Positions 33,261-40,250 of a stretch of DNA of 40,250 nucleotides are shown in pieces. Each line of letters begins with the position of its first letter. Within the stretch, counting starts at the first letter, position 1. The DNA comes from a virus: positions 1 to 40,250 of the IMG/VR virus record IMGVR_UViG_3300045988_028050, one strand, 5' to 3'. The translations under genes and the position numbers were made by a program. Under the pieces are notes generated by a model. It saw only the letters and a program-made list of their open reading frames with translations. It was not told the DNA's origin and made no database searches.

Positions 33261-33693
33261 CGTCCTCGTCCTCCTCCACCTTGCGTTTCTTCTTGCCCTT
33301 CATTTCGCCCACAAGAGCCGCCAGCGCGTCGAACTCTTTACGGGTCACATATTCCGGGGCGGGAGCTTTCTGCGCGTCAGGAGCGCTTGCAAGGCGTTCT
33401 ACAAGGTCATACGTCTTAAGGGTCGGCTTGCCGCTTGCATCGGTCTGTTTTAGGTACACCACGGGAGCCGTGCTGTCCCACAGCGCAATAGCGGAGTTAG
33501 GCGCGATCAGCCAGTTTTCCGCCTCCGGCCTACCAGCTACCCACTGTACGCCGCCCTGCGCCACCGGGTTCTGCATGGGCGGGATTTGCGGTATCTGCGG
33601 CGGCATGGTCTGCATCTGCTGCTGTCGAAGCTGAGCAAGGTTGTCCTGCATCGGCTGCGGGTAATAAGGGTTAAAATACGGATTAAATGCCAT
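33253..33693 (-). CDS. Pro/Gln-rich protein with a KKKRKVEEDEDDE tail, 146 aa
   Basis: RBS GAGG. N-terminal low-complexity region, then a globular segment VQWVAGRPEAENWLIAPNSAIALWDSTAPVVYLKQTDASGKP. Confidence 0.6.
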   Translation of the reverse strand: MAFNPYFNPYYPQPMQDNLAQLRQQQMQTMPPQIPQIPPMQNPVAQGGVQWVAGRPEAENWLIAPNSAIALWDSTAPVVYLKQTDASGKPTLKTYDLVERLASAPDAQKAPAPEYVTRKEFDALAALVGEMKGKKKRKVEEDEDDE

Positions 33694-33695
33694 AG

Positions 33696-34079
33696 TTACG
33701 CCTCACTTTCTTTTTGCCAGTAATACAAAACAATTTCGTTTTCGCTGTTCCAGCTGTCGTAGATCACGCCGTCCTGAACACATACAACGTGCCCGGATAG
33801 CGCAAGGATAAACGTCCCTTCCGGGTGTTCGTCGGCAAACCTACCGACCGTGTAGCAATCCGGGCAAGTGTCCGGCACAATGTACCGCCGATAGCCTATA
33901 CGACGCAGATACGCGCCCCACACTGCGTTGGCCGACGGCATATCCCCTTCCAGATACCCCTGCACCGCCATAGCAAGGTACGTTTCGCCCCACTCTTTCC
34001 CGGTGGCTTTGGAGATAGCCCGCACAGTGCAATCCCCCACGTTTTTCCCACGCGGGTTCTTGTTGTAATAGCTATACAT
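33696..34079 (-). CDS. Papain-fold / C39-like cysteine peptidase candidate, 127 aa
   Basis: Candidate Cys-His-Asp triad: GDCTVRAIS, SGHVVCV, YDSW. The family is common in gut phage and plasmid sequences, by my recollection only. Confidence 0.55.
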   Translation of the reverse strand: MYSYYNKNPRGKNVGDCTVRAISKATGKEWGETYLAMAVQGYLEGDMPSANAVWGAYLRRIGYRRYIVPDTCPDCYTVGRFADEHPEGTFILALSGHVVCVQDGVIYDSWNSENEIVLYYWQKESEA

Positions 34080-34203
34080 GAGCTGCTACCAACTCGATAA
34101 CTTGCACATAGGATTTCAGCCCCGGAAGATCGTCCTGATACGCCCAAATGATGTCCTCCGCCATTTGCTGTGTAAATCCCAACGACACCAGCTTTTCGAC
34201 CAT
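34072..34203 (-). CDS. Small protein, 43 aa (first gene of the cassette)
   Basis: Start refined to ATG 34203, 6 nt after GGAGGTG. Its stop overlaps the next start. Confidence 0.45.
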   Translation of the reverse strand: MVEKLVSLGFTQQMAEDIIWAYQDDLPGLKSYVQVIELVAAHV

Positions 34204-34236
34204 GCAAGCACCTCCGTTTCTTGCAATAAGCGTAAC

Positions 34237-34262
34237 AAAAAACTGCCCCCGCAAAGGGGCAG
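34237..34262 (-). terminator. Intrinsic terminator 34 nt upstream of the cassette start
   Basis: On the minus strand: CTGCCCC-tttgcg-GGGGCAG followed by TTTTTTG. Confidence 0.8.
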
Positions 34263-34410
34263 TTAAAGGTCAGAAAAAGGCCGTTAATTTGCGAAATATT
34301 TACTTGTACAATACCGCAGAAACGGTGTATAATAAAACCAGCCACTTCGAAATGCTCCCGGAGGGCATCTTCCCCATTCATTATGCCCGGTTCCCCCCCC
34401 CTACCGGGCG

Positions 34411-34445
34411 CAAACAAAGAAGCCGCACCTAAATGGTGCGGCTTC
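34411..34445 (-). terminator. Intrinsic terminator after the sigma-region-4-like gene (hairpin usable on both strands)
   Basis: GAAGCCGCACC-5 nt-GGTGCGGCTTC followed by TTTGTTTG on the minus strand and TTTCTT on the plus strand. Confidence 0.75.
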
Positions 34446-34674
34446 TTTCTTCGTCTGCAAATTTCTGATACGCCCTTTTGCGGCACCGCTTTACCGTTTC
34501 CGGAGAAACATTCAGCAGGAACGCAGTTTCGCAATAGCTCTTCCGTTTTACGTCACATTCAATAACGCACACCGCTTCGTCAGGCGGTAGCTGTACGCTC
34601 ATCACATACGCAATAGCCCGCTTTGGTGCCATGCTCTGCAATCTGCGCCGTATCTGCTTGTGGTAGCTGTCCAT
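34429..34674 (-). CDS. Sigma-70 region-4-like HTH protein, 81 aa
   Basis: LPPDEAVCVIECDVKRKSYCETAFLLNVSPETVKRCRKRAYQKF follows the sigma region 4 pattern. No clear Shine-Dalgarno sequence, so confidence is lower. Confidence 0.45.
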   Translation of the reverse strand: MDSYHKQIRRRLQSMAPKRAIAYVMSVQLPPDEAVCVIECDVKRKSYCETAFLLNVSPETVKRCRKRAYQKFADEERSRTI

Positions 34675-34761
34675 AACACGGTTATAGCCGTGAGCTTGCG
34701 GGACTTTACGCCGGGGAAAGAGGCGGCTTGTCGTAGCTCTTTCCCGCCCAGCAGATTTATT

Positions 34762-35445
34762 TTACTTCACGATCTCCCACGTGCCGCACGTTCCTGCTCT
34801 GTTCATGATCTTCACCAGCAGCTCGCCGGGGGTCATAGGCTTCTCCGGCTCCGCAGGCTTCGTCTCCTCCACATACGGAATACCGAACCACTCACACAGC
34901 CCCTTGGCCGCGCTCTCCGCGATCTCCTTCATGTGGGTGTGGAACCATGTGGCGTCCTCCATGTTGTCGTGAAACACGTGCTCCTCGTAGAAGCTCACCG
35001 CCTTGGGCTTGTAAAGCTCATACCACTTGGATCTGGCCACCAGCTTCACCGTGCGCGGGTAAATCTGCTTCCGGTACTTCACCATGATCTCGCCCAGCTT
35101 CTTGCCGTTCTTTGAGTAGGTGTAGTACATAGGGAAGCAACCCCGGGAGTTACCCTTGCCGTCTGCGCTGCCGTTGGTGTGGCTGACGTAATGCACGTCT
35201 GCGCCCCAAGCGTCGCTCTCCCGCACGTTCTGCTTCATGATGGCGTCGCCGTTGTCGCCGTTCATGGGGGTGCGCCGGTAGCCGCGCTTGGTGGCAATGC
35301 CGCAGCGGTTCAGGATCGGCTCAAGGATGTCGATGTACTCGTTGTTCTCCAGTGCCTCATAGCACTGCTGCCCGTCCGGGCGAGGATATACACAGGGGTT
35401 TGCCATGTGCATAGCCGGGGACAGGTAGACCTTCGGGGCGGCCAT
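34762..35445 (-). CDS. Endolysin, N-acetylmuramoyl-L-alanine amidase (Amidase_3-like)
   Basis: VYLSPAMHMANPC...ADVHYVSHTNGSADGKGNSRG pattern. Immediately follows the holin. Confidence 0.75.
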   Translation of the reverse strand: MAAPKVYLSPAMHMANPCVYPRPDGQQCYEALENNEYIDILEPILNRCGIATKRGYRRTPMNGDNGDAIMKQNVRESDAWGADVHYVSHTNGSADGKGNSRGCFPMYYTYSKNGKKLGEIMVKYRKQIYPRTVKLVARSKWYELYKPKAVSFYEEHVFHDNMEDATWFHTHMKEIAESAAKGLCEWFGIPYVEETKPAEPEKPMTPGELLVKIMNRAGTCGTWEIVK

Positions 35446-35736
35446 TTACATAGCCTCCTCGTTGTTGGTAGACTTCATCTGCTTAAACACCTGATTAACG
35501 CCCGTTGCGGTCAGGCCGGACATAATGCCCACGGCAACCGCCGTAAAGTAGTCCTCGGCGGGGAAATCCGGCATGTGGAACGCCAGTGCCAGCGCACCGA
35601 TGATGCCGCCGCACACGCCGCAAATAATGGGGATCCATTTGCTGTCCAGCGCCGTAGCCTTCACGATCATGCCGACCAGATAGCAGATGACGATGATAGC
35701 GGCAACAGTGGCCACTCCGATAGTGTTGATGTCCAT
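35446..35736 (-). CDS. Holin
   Basis: 96 aa with three hydrophobic helices and a charged C-terminus (KQMKSTNNEEAM). Abuts the endolysin start. Confidence 0.8.
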   Translation of the reverse strand: MDINTIGVATVAAIIVICYLVGMIVKATALDSKWIPIICGVCGGIIGALALAFHMPDFPAEDYFTAVAVGIMSGLTATGVNQVFKQMKSTNNEEAM

Positions 35737-35755
35737 AGTTACTTCCTTTCCGGCT

Positions 35756-36064
35756 TTACGCCTCTCGCTTGATGGGCAGTTTCCTTACTTCCTCCATGAC
35801 CCTTTTTGCACTGCCGTTGCCGCCCATCTTCTCATACGGCTGATACAGATAGTCATTGAGGTTTTCGTACTCGTCCTGCGTGATATAACCCCGGGTCACG
35901 TATGCCATGCCCAGATGGATAATGCGGTCATGTGCCAGACCCACCAGCATCTTCCGCTCTGCGTTGTTCTTGTCCGCCCGCTTCGATACCAGCGCCCACA
36001 AGCCGCTGCTTGTCAGCACCGCTACCGCCAGCGGTACGGCGATCTGCTGTACCCACGGTTCCAT
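35756..36064 (-). CDS. N-terminally membrane-anchored protein, 102 aa (lysis-cassette associated)
   Basis: Start refined to ATG 36064, preceded by AAAGGAGA. TM IAVPLAVAVLTSSGLWALV. Confidence 0.6.
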   Translation of the reverse strand: MEPWVQQIAVPLAVAVLTSSGLWALVSKRADKNNAERKMLVGLAHDRIIHLGMAYVTRGYITQDEYENLNDYLYQPYEKMGGNGSAKRVMEEVRKLPIKREA

Positions 36065-36077
36065 TCGCTCTCCTTTC

Positions 36078-36323
36078 TCACCCATACCACGGCTCACTGC
36101 CGCCTGTCTTTGGCGACAGCGCCGGCTGGGAGCTTTCTATCTCTCCTGTGCCGCCCGGTGCGGACGCCGCCTCTCCGTTGCTGGCCGCCACCCGCTGTCT
36201 CTCCTCCGGCAGCTGCACCGCATGTGGATGCCTCCTGCCCGCATACAGCGTCAGGGCGATGATGCCGCCAATGATGGCGCATAAAAGCAGATGGTAAGCG
36301 GCAACTCGGATCCAGAGCTTCAT
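36078..36323 (-). CDS. Small membrane protein, 81 aa
   Basis: ATG 36323 is preceded by GGGGAGGA. TM VAAYHLLLCAIIGGIIALTLYA. Only this tail of the 213-aa track ORF looks like protein. Confidence 0.55.
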   Translation of the reverse strand: MKLWIRVAAYHLLLCAIIGGIIALTLYAGRRHPHAVQLPEERQRVAASNGEAASAPGGTGEIESSQPALSPKTGGSEPWYG

Positions 36324-36355
36324 TAGCGTCCTCCCCGGTGTCCGAATCGAACACC

Positions 36356-36805
36356 TTACTCCATAGACACCTTTAGGTTGTTTTCGTAGATCAGCAGGGT
36401 ATTGCCCTCCGGTACCGTGACGGGTGTGGTCAGTGCACCGGCCATGACGGGCGCACCGCCAGTCTGCGCGGAAAACAGCCCGAAGTGCGTCACTGTGCCG
36501 AAGCCTCCGCCGCCCTCCACCGCCGTGGCGATGTAGATCTTGTTGCTGCCGTTCTTGATCTCCCCGCTGGCCGCCGCGTCCATCGTGTAGGTGGCAGTGT
36601 TGCCCTTGATGCCCAGCCGCACCCGCTTGTAGCCCGTGGCGGCGCCGGGCTCGGTGAAGTTGGTGATGGCACCTGCGGCCGAGAGGGTCGGCGTGGTTGT
36701 GCTGACGCCCAGATAGCACTCCCCCGCCGTGGGGATCGCCGGGTTGCTGTCGCCCCTGGCAAAAAATGCGTTCAGCAGCGCGTTGCTAATTGCAGTTGCG
36801 ATCAT
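36356..36805 (-). CDS. Tail-fibre-region structural protein, 149 aa
   Basis: Start refined to ATG 36805, preceded by TGGAGGT. Pattern AISNALLNAFF...YLGVST...GYKRV...VTHFGLF seen in phage fibre-associated proteins. Confidence 0.55.
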   Translation of the reverse strand: MIATAISNALLNAFFARGDSNPAIPTAGECYLGVSTTTPTLSAAGAITNFTEPGAATGYKRVRLGIKGNTATYTMDAAASGEIKNGSNKIYIATAVEGGGGFGTVTHFGLFSAQTGGAPVMAGALTTPVTVPEGNTLLIYENNLKVSME

Positions 36806-36829
36806 AGTTTTTACCTCCATTTTATAAAA

Positions 36830-38278
36830 TTAGTTTGTTACTTCTGTTGCCTTCAGGGTGCCGGTGTCGTCTACGGTGATTTCGAATTTCTTCCCGTTGT
36901 CAGAATAAAGATACAGTGATTTTTGGTCATAGTTTACAAGCTGCGGAATAGCTTTAAGAGAAAGCGGTTCTGTGCCAAAATCCCCTGTGCTGGCATCCTC
37001 TATATTAACTGTGGTTAAACTTTTGGTATAGGCTATCACATCGCCAGATTTCATATAAGCAAACCATATTCCAGCAGTCAGAGTAATTCCGGGAGCTACT
37101 TCGAAAGCTCGATGTACAACAGCACCATACTCCCCACACGCTATCGTGTCATCTAAGTTTTTTTGAAGAACACTGGGCGTGTTCAGTTGAACCGTCGCGT
37201 CCCCTTGTGGGCTATAAAACACAACCGACCCTCCAAAAAGCTGATAATACCACGGAGTATCATCACTCACTTTTACAAACGCCACCCCGCCGGATGCATC
37301 TCCGTTAACCCACGCAACTTCTTTACCGGTCAAGTCGCCGTCAAAAGTATATGTTTTGGATGGCACTTCGCCTGAAAGTCCGGTGGAAAACCCCCCCGGC
37401 CTATTTTTTACATAGTCCACTGCTGTACTATCGTTCTGCGCCCAGTTTGCTTGCACGCCGCCCCCACCTCCTGCCACATTCACCGTCGCCGTTAGCTTGC
37501 TCATCCCGTCATACCCCGCGTCCGGAGTTACCTCTGTGGTGCCGTTGGAGGTGATAGACACTGACTTCTCCTGTAAATTTCCACCGCCGCTGGGCACATT
37601 GACATTTAGCGCCACCTTGCGGATGCCGCTTTTGCCCGCCGTGGGTACGATGGTCTGCGCCCCGTTCTCCGTCACATCCACGCTCTGGGTGTCCTGTGTC
37701 ACCTCGGACAGCAGGGCGTAGAAGTTGCTTGCGTTCAGCAGGTCGTTGGGCTGCTGGATGCCGAAGGTCACGGCGGCAGGGTCTGCGATTTGGGCATAGC
37801 CCGCAACAGTCCCATCCTTGTCATACAACATCTGTCCCCATCCGGGCTGTGCGGTAAACACCGCCGCGCTCTCGATGTTAAGAATTTCCAGTAGAACCGC
37901 GCTGCTAAGCGGCTCGTAGAGGTACAACAGCATCGTCGTCGTCCACGGCGTTTCCGTGACACCCGTAACAGGGGTCTTGTATATCCGCATGGAGGCAATG
38001 GGCTTTGTGTTCTTGCCTTCCACTGGCCCGCTGACTGCACCAGCGAAATTGCCTCTGTCCAATTCCCCCAAAAAAGTCCCGTCACCCATGTTCAAAGCAA
38101 AAACGCCATCCGTCAGCTCGTGGGTAGGAGGGTCTTGCAGGGTGTAGTTGATCAGAGGTCGCTGGACATAGTAGGTGTTCCCACTACCGTCTACCTTGGG
38201 CACGGCGATGGTGCCGATGTCCGTATAGCTCTGCTCCTCGTCATACAGGTCTTTCAGCTTGATGTTTTCTGCCATCAC
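36830..38278 (-). CDS. Tail fibre / receptor-binding candidate, 482 aa
   Basis: Large beta-rich protein in the fibre region. Its 3' third is visibly AT-richer than its 5' part. Confidence 0.6.
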   Translation of the reverse strand: MMAENIKLKDLYDEEQSYTDIGTIAVPKVDGSGNTYYVQRPLINYTLQDPPTHELTDGVFALNMGDGTFLGELDRGNFAGAVSGPVEGKNTKPIASMRIYKTPVTGVTETPWTTTMLLYLYEPLSSAVLLEILNIESAAVFTAQPGWGQMLYDKDGTVAGYAQIADPAAVTFGIQQPNDLLNASNFYALLSEVTQDTQSVDVTENGAQTIVPTAGKSGIRKVALNVNVPSGGGNLQEKSVSITSNGTTEVTPDAGYDGMSKLTATVNVAGGGGGVQANWAQNDSTAVDYVKNRPGGFSTGLSGEVPSKTYTFDGDLTGKEVAWVNGDASGGVAFVKVSDDTPWYYQLFGGSVVFYSPQGDATVQLNTPSVLQKNLDDTIACGEYGAVVHRAFEVAPGITLTAGIWFAYMKSGDVIAYTKSLTTVNIEDASTGDFGTEPLSLKAIPQLVNYDQKSLYLYSDNGKKFEITVDDTGTLKATEVTN

Positions 38279-39144
38279 GTTACCTCCAAGATATTTCCAA
38301 GTACGCCGTCCTGCTTTACAGCCGCACTATATACCTGCTTTACAACCAGCAGCGCCCCGTACTGCACCGGGTCGATCCAGCCTACCGCCTTGCAAGTCGC
38401 TTCGCTTTTAATTGCCGTCATGGCTGTTCCGCCCAGCTGTGCCGACTTTTTGAGTAGCAGTTGTACTGATGCTTGCGCTTTTGTCGCCGCTTCCCCCTCC
38501 ACTGCCTCGCTCAAGCCCGCCTCCGCCGTGACCGCTCCGATCATCTGCGCCGCCAACGTATCGATATCGCCACGCGATGTCGCGGAGATATGGGGCAAGC
38601 CTCCGGGGACAAAACCCTGCGTGAAAGCTGTCTGCAGCCGCCGCACACGGCTCCGTACCGCCTTTGCCGATTGCCTCAGCAGTGCAGGCGGCGCTATCGT
38701 CACCGGCAGCGTGGGGCTGCTGTGGGGCAGGGCGTGCAGCGCCAGCGTGTACGCCTCTGCCGCCTCCGGGTGTTTGGCGCCCGATGCCAGCAGCTTTACC
38801 GTCGCCGGAAAGCGCAGCGCGTAATCGCCGCCGGTGATGCTGATAGCCTCCGCCACCGCCAGGCATACCGGTGCCCACCGATAGGGCAGGGCGGCCTCCA
38901 GCAGCTGCGACAGGATGGCCTCGGCTATTGCCTCCCGCACCCCCAGCACCGGCAGCGCCAGCGTCATACGCGCCGCGGCGGCAGGGGACAGCGCGCCGTC
39001 ACCCTGCAGCTCCGCCATCAGGTACTCCACGCCCTGCAGCGACCGGATGTCCTCCCTCCACACCAGAATGTCCCCCAGATAGGCCGCCACATGGTGCCGA
39101 CCGCGGAAATACACCTGGTGTATTTCATCGTTGTAAAAGATCAT
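38275..39144 (-). CDS. Tail-fibre-region protein, 289 aa
   Basis: ORF track. In frame with the upstream ORF across a single TAG. Confidence 0.55.
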   Translation of the reverse strand: MIFYNDEIHQVYFRGRHHVAAYLGDILVWREDIRSLQGVEYLMAELQGDGALSPAAAARMTLALPVLGVREAIAEAILSQLLEAALPYRWAPVCLAVAEAISITGGDYALRFPATVKLLASGAKHPEAAEAYTLALHALPHSSPTLPVTIAPPALLRQSAKAVRSRVRRLQTAFTQGFVPGGLPHISATSRGDIDTLAAQMIGAVTAEAGLSEAVEGEAATKAQASVQLLLKKSAQLGGTAMTAIKSEATCKAVGWIDPVQYGALLVVKQVYSAAVKQDGVLGNILEVT

Positions 39145-39150
39145 AGGCCG

Positions 39151-39417
39151 CTACTCCAGATCCCGGTAATCCCGGATCAGATACAGGGTGTCGGCGTCCG
39201 GGCTGGAGGGCAGCTTGTCCACGCTGACCACCTTCACGATGGTACCGATGACTTCATTCATGGCGCCCACCAGATTGCCGCGCTGCTGCGTCTTCAGGGC
39301 GCCCATATCGCCGATGGCCTCGTCCAGCACATCGGCGTTTCCGTTAAAGTCCTCCACCCGCACATAGTCCGAACCCTGCGGCTTTGTCAGTCCCAGATTA
39401 GGCGTCTGCGTTGCCAT
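39151..39417 (-). CDS. Tail-fibre N-terminal-motif protein, 88 aa
   Basis: MATQTPNLGLTKPQGSDYVRVEDFNGNADVLD is the common N-terminal motif of Firmicute phage fibre proteins. RBS GGAGG. Confidence 0.6.
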   Translation of the reverse strand: MATQTPNLGLTKPQGSDYVRVEDFNGNADVLDEAIGDMGALKTQQRGNLVGAMNEVIGTIVKVVSVDKLPSSPDADTLYLIRDYRDLE

Positions 39418-39544
39418 GCTTCTTTGCCTCCTTCCTCAGCTCGTTCACCTCATTGATGCACGCCACCACGATGGCGCAGTTTTCGTAGCCCTTCACCTGC
39501 AGCATGCCCAGCAGCTGTACGATTTTATCCAGCTTTTCCCGCAC
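39398..39544 (-). CDS. Small protein, 48 aa
   Basis: Below the track cutoff. GTG 39544 follows GAGGTGA. Hand translation gives MREKLDKIVQLLGMLQVKGYENCAIVVACINEVNELRKEAKKHGNADA. It bridges two genes with overlaps. Confidence 0.4.
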   Translation of the reverse strand: MREKLDKIVQLLGMLQVKGYENCAIVVACINEVNELRKEAKKHGNADA

Positions 39545-39545
39545 C

Positions 39546-39827
39546 TCAACTCACCTCGCCTTCATAGGCCCGCCGCAGCGACACCCGTACCGCCGAGGCG
39601 TCATTGTAGGCGTATTCCACGCCCAGCAGCTTGGTATACCCCTCATATACGGTCACCTCGTTCCCGGCGCGGTACTCCATGCGCCGGGTGTTGTCCGGGT
39701 CCCCGAAGATCTCCAGCGCCCCGGCCAGAGATGCGTGCAGAATATCCACATACAGGATCCCCACGCTGGCCAGCCCGCAGAAGGGGCACTCAAACTGGGC
39801 TCCATCACTTGTAATAAAAACAGACAT
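39546..39827 (-). CDS. Hypothetical protein, 93 aa
   Basis: Start refined to ATG 39827, preceded by GGGAGGT, just after the Tal stop. Confidence 0.55.
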   Translation of the reverse strand: MSVFITSDGAQFECPFCGLASVGILYVDILHASLAGALEIFGDPDNTRRMEYRAGNEVTVYEGYTKLLGVEYAYNDASAVRVSLRRAYEGEVS

Positions 39828-39832
39828 TATTT

Positions 39833-40250
39833 CTACCTCCCTATCACATACGTGGCTAAATCTTTCTTCATAGTTCTGTAGTTTTCTCCGTCGATCATGA
39901 ACGTATTGCCCGCCACGGTCAAAGCAGAAATTTCTGAGACTGCTGCGTACATTTTTTTCGTCCACAAGTTATCCGCTTGCATTTGACCCGTCACAATCTT
40001 AGTGGCATAAATAACATCTGCGAAGTACCCGTTGATAGTGCTGTTGCAGGTGGACGGGTACACGGATCCGCTGGTCAGGTGCCGGTTGACAATGGCGTCT
40101 GTCGCGATCTTGCTTGCGGTGATGGCGTTGGCCTCAATGCGGTCGCCGGAAAAAGCGCCGGCTGTGATGCTGTCCGCATTCAGATTCGTCACGTTGATCT
40201 CGTCGGCGTCGATGGTGCCGCCCCGGATGCGGTCGGCGCTCATGAAGCCC
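39833..40250 (-). CDS. 3' part of the Tal-like tail protein that starts at 1868 (junction-spanning)
   Basis: The frame is continuous with 1-1868 on the circle. Bases 40152-40250 duplicate 1-99. Repetitive ...ADEINVTNLNADSITAGAFSGDRIEANAITASKIATDAI... is fibre-like. Confidence 0.75.
   Translation of the reverse strand, partial: GFMSADRIRGGTIDADEINVTNLNADSITAGAFSGDRIEANAITASKIATDAIVNRHLTSGSVYPSTCNSTINGYFADVIYATKIVTGQMQADNLWTKKMYAAVSEISALTVAGNTFMIDGENYRTMKKDLATYVIGR
40152..40250. repeat. Terminal direct repeat, copy B (99 bp), identical to 1-99
   Basis: Read directly. Confidence 0.95.

Noticed and set aside
36078-36719. 213-aa minus-strand ORF overlapping the fibre-region gene 36356-36805
   Set aside because: The first 132 codons are Arg/Gly/His-rich and overlap a real gene in another frame. 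Only the last 81 codons, from RBS-supported ATG 36323, look like a protein.
1-40250. CRISPR arrays, reverse transcriptase/DGR or retron elements, transposases, rRNA
   Set aside because: I found no regularly spaced repeats, no RT-like (YxDD) ORF, no template/variable repeat pair near the fibre genes, and no IS-like inverted repeats with a transposase.

Overview
The window is a complete, circularly closed genome. Bases 1-99 are identical to 40152-40250, so the unit length is 40,151 bp. It is a temperate siphovirus-type tailed phage or excised prophage with GC-rich, Clostridia-like coding sequence. There are about 75 genes, almost all on the minus strand and often joined by ATGA/GTGA/TGATG start-stop overlaps. 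In minus-strand order they run as follows. (1) A Cro-like switch gene. (2) Early genes: a 3D-domain protein, two HTH proteins, Gp157, a Rad52-type annealase, a NinB-like protein, an HNH-like protein, SSB, a replisome organiser with internal iterons, a DnaC-like loader, DUF1064, and a DNA methyltransferase with a PAPS-reductase/DndC-like protein. (3) A small HTH/Cys4 regulator, a terminator, and a ~0.74 kb non-coding block with a tRNA-like gene. (4) terS, terL, portal, MuF-like, scaffold, major capsid, connectors, major tail, chaperones, tape measure, and Dit/Tal (Tal crosses the window junction). (5) Fibre-region genes, two small membrane proteins, holin and amidase. (6) An eight-gene accessory cassette of unknown function. 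The plus strand carries the lysogeny module: a CI-like repressor, a membrane-anchored FtsK-gamma/Mrr-nuclease fusion, and a membrane-anchored XRE protein translationally coupled to a large serine integrase, followed by a 40-bp imperfect palindrome (candidate attP). It also carries one reverse-oriented moron inside the tail module. The best candidates for something undescribed are the TM-FtsK-gamma-Mrr cassette, the accessory cassette at 30959-34203, the non-coding block with its aberrant tRNA-like gene, an antisense micro-ORF that mimics the repressor tail, and in-frame TAG codons inside otherwise continuous coding sequence. All family assignments come from reading the translations and from gene order. 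No searches were run.
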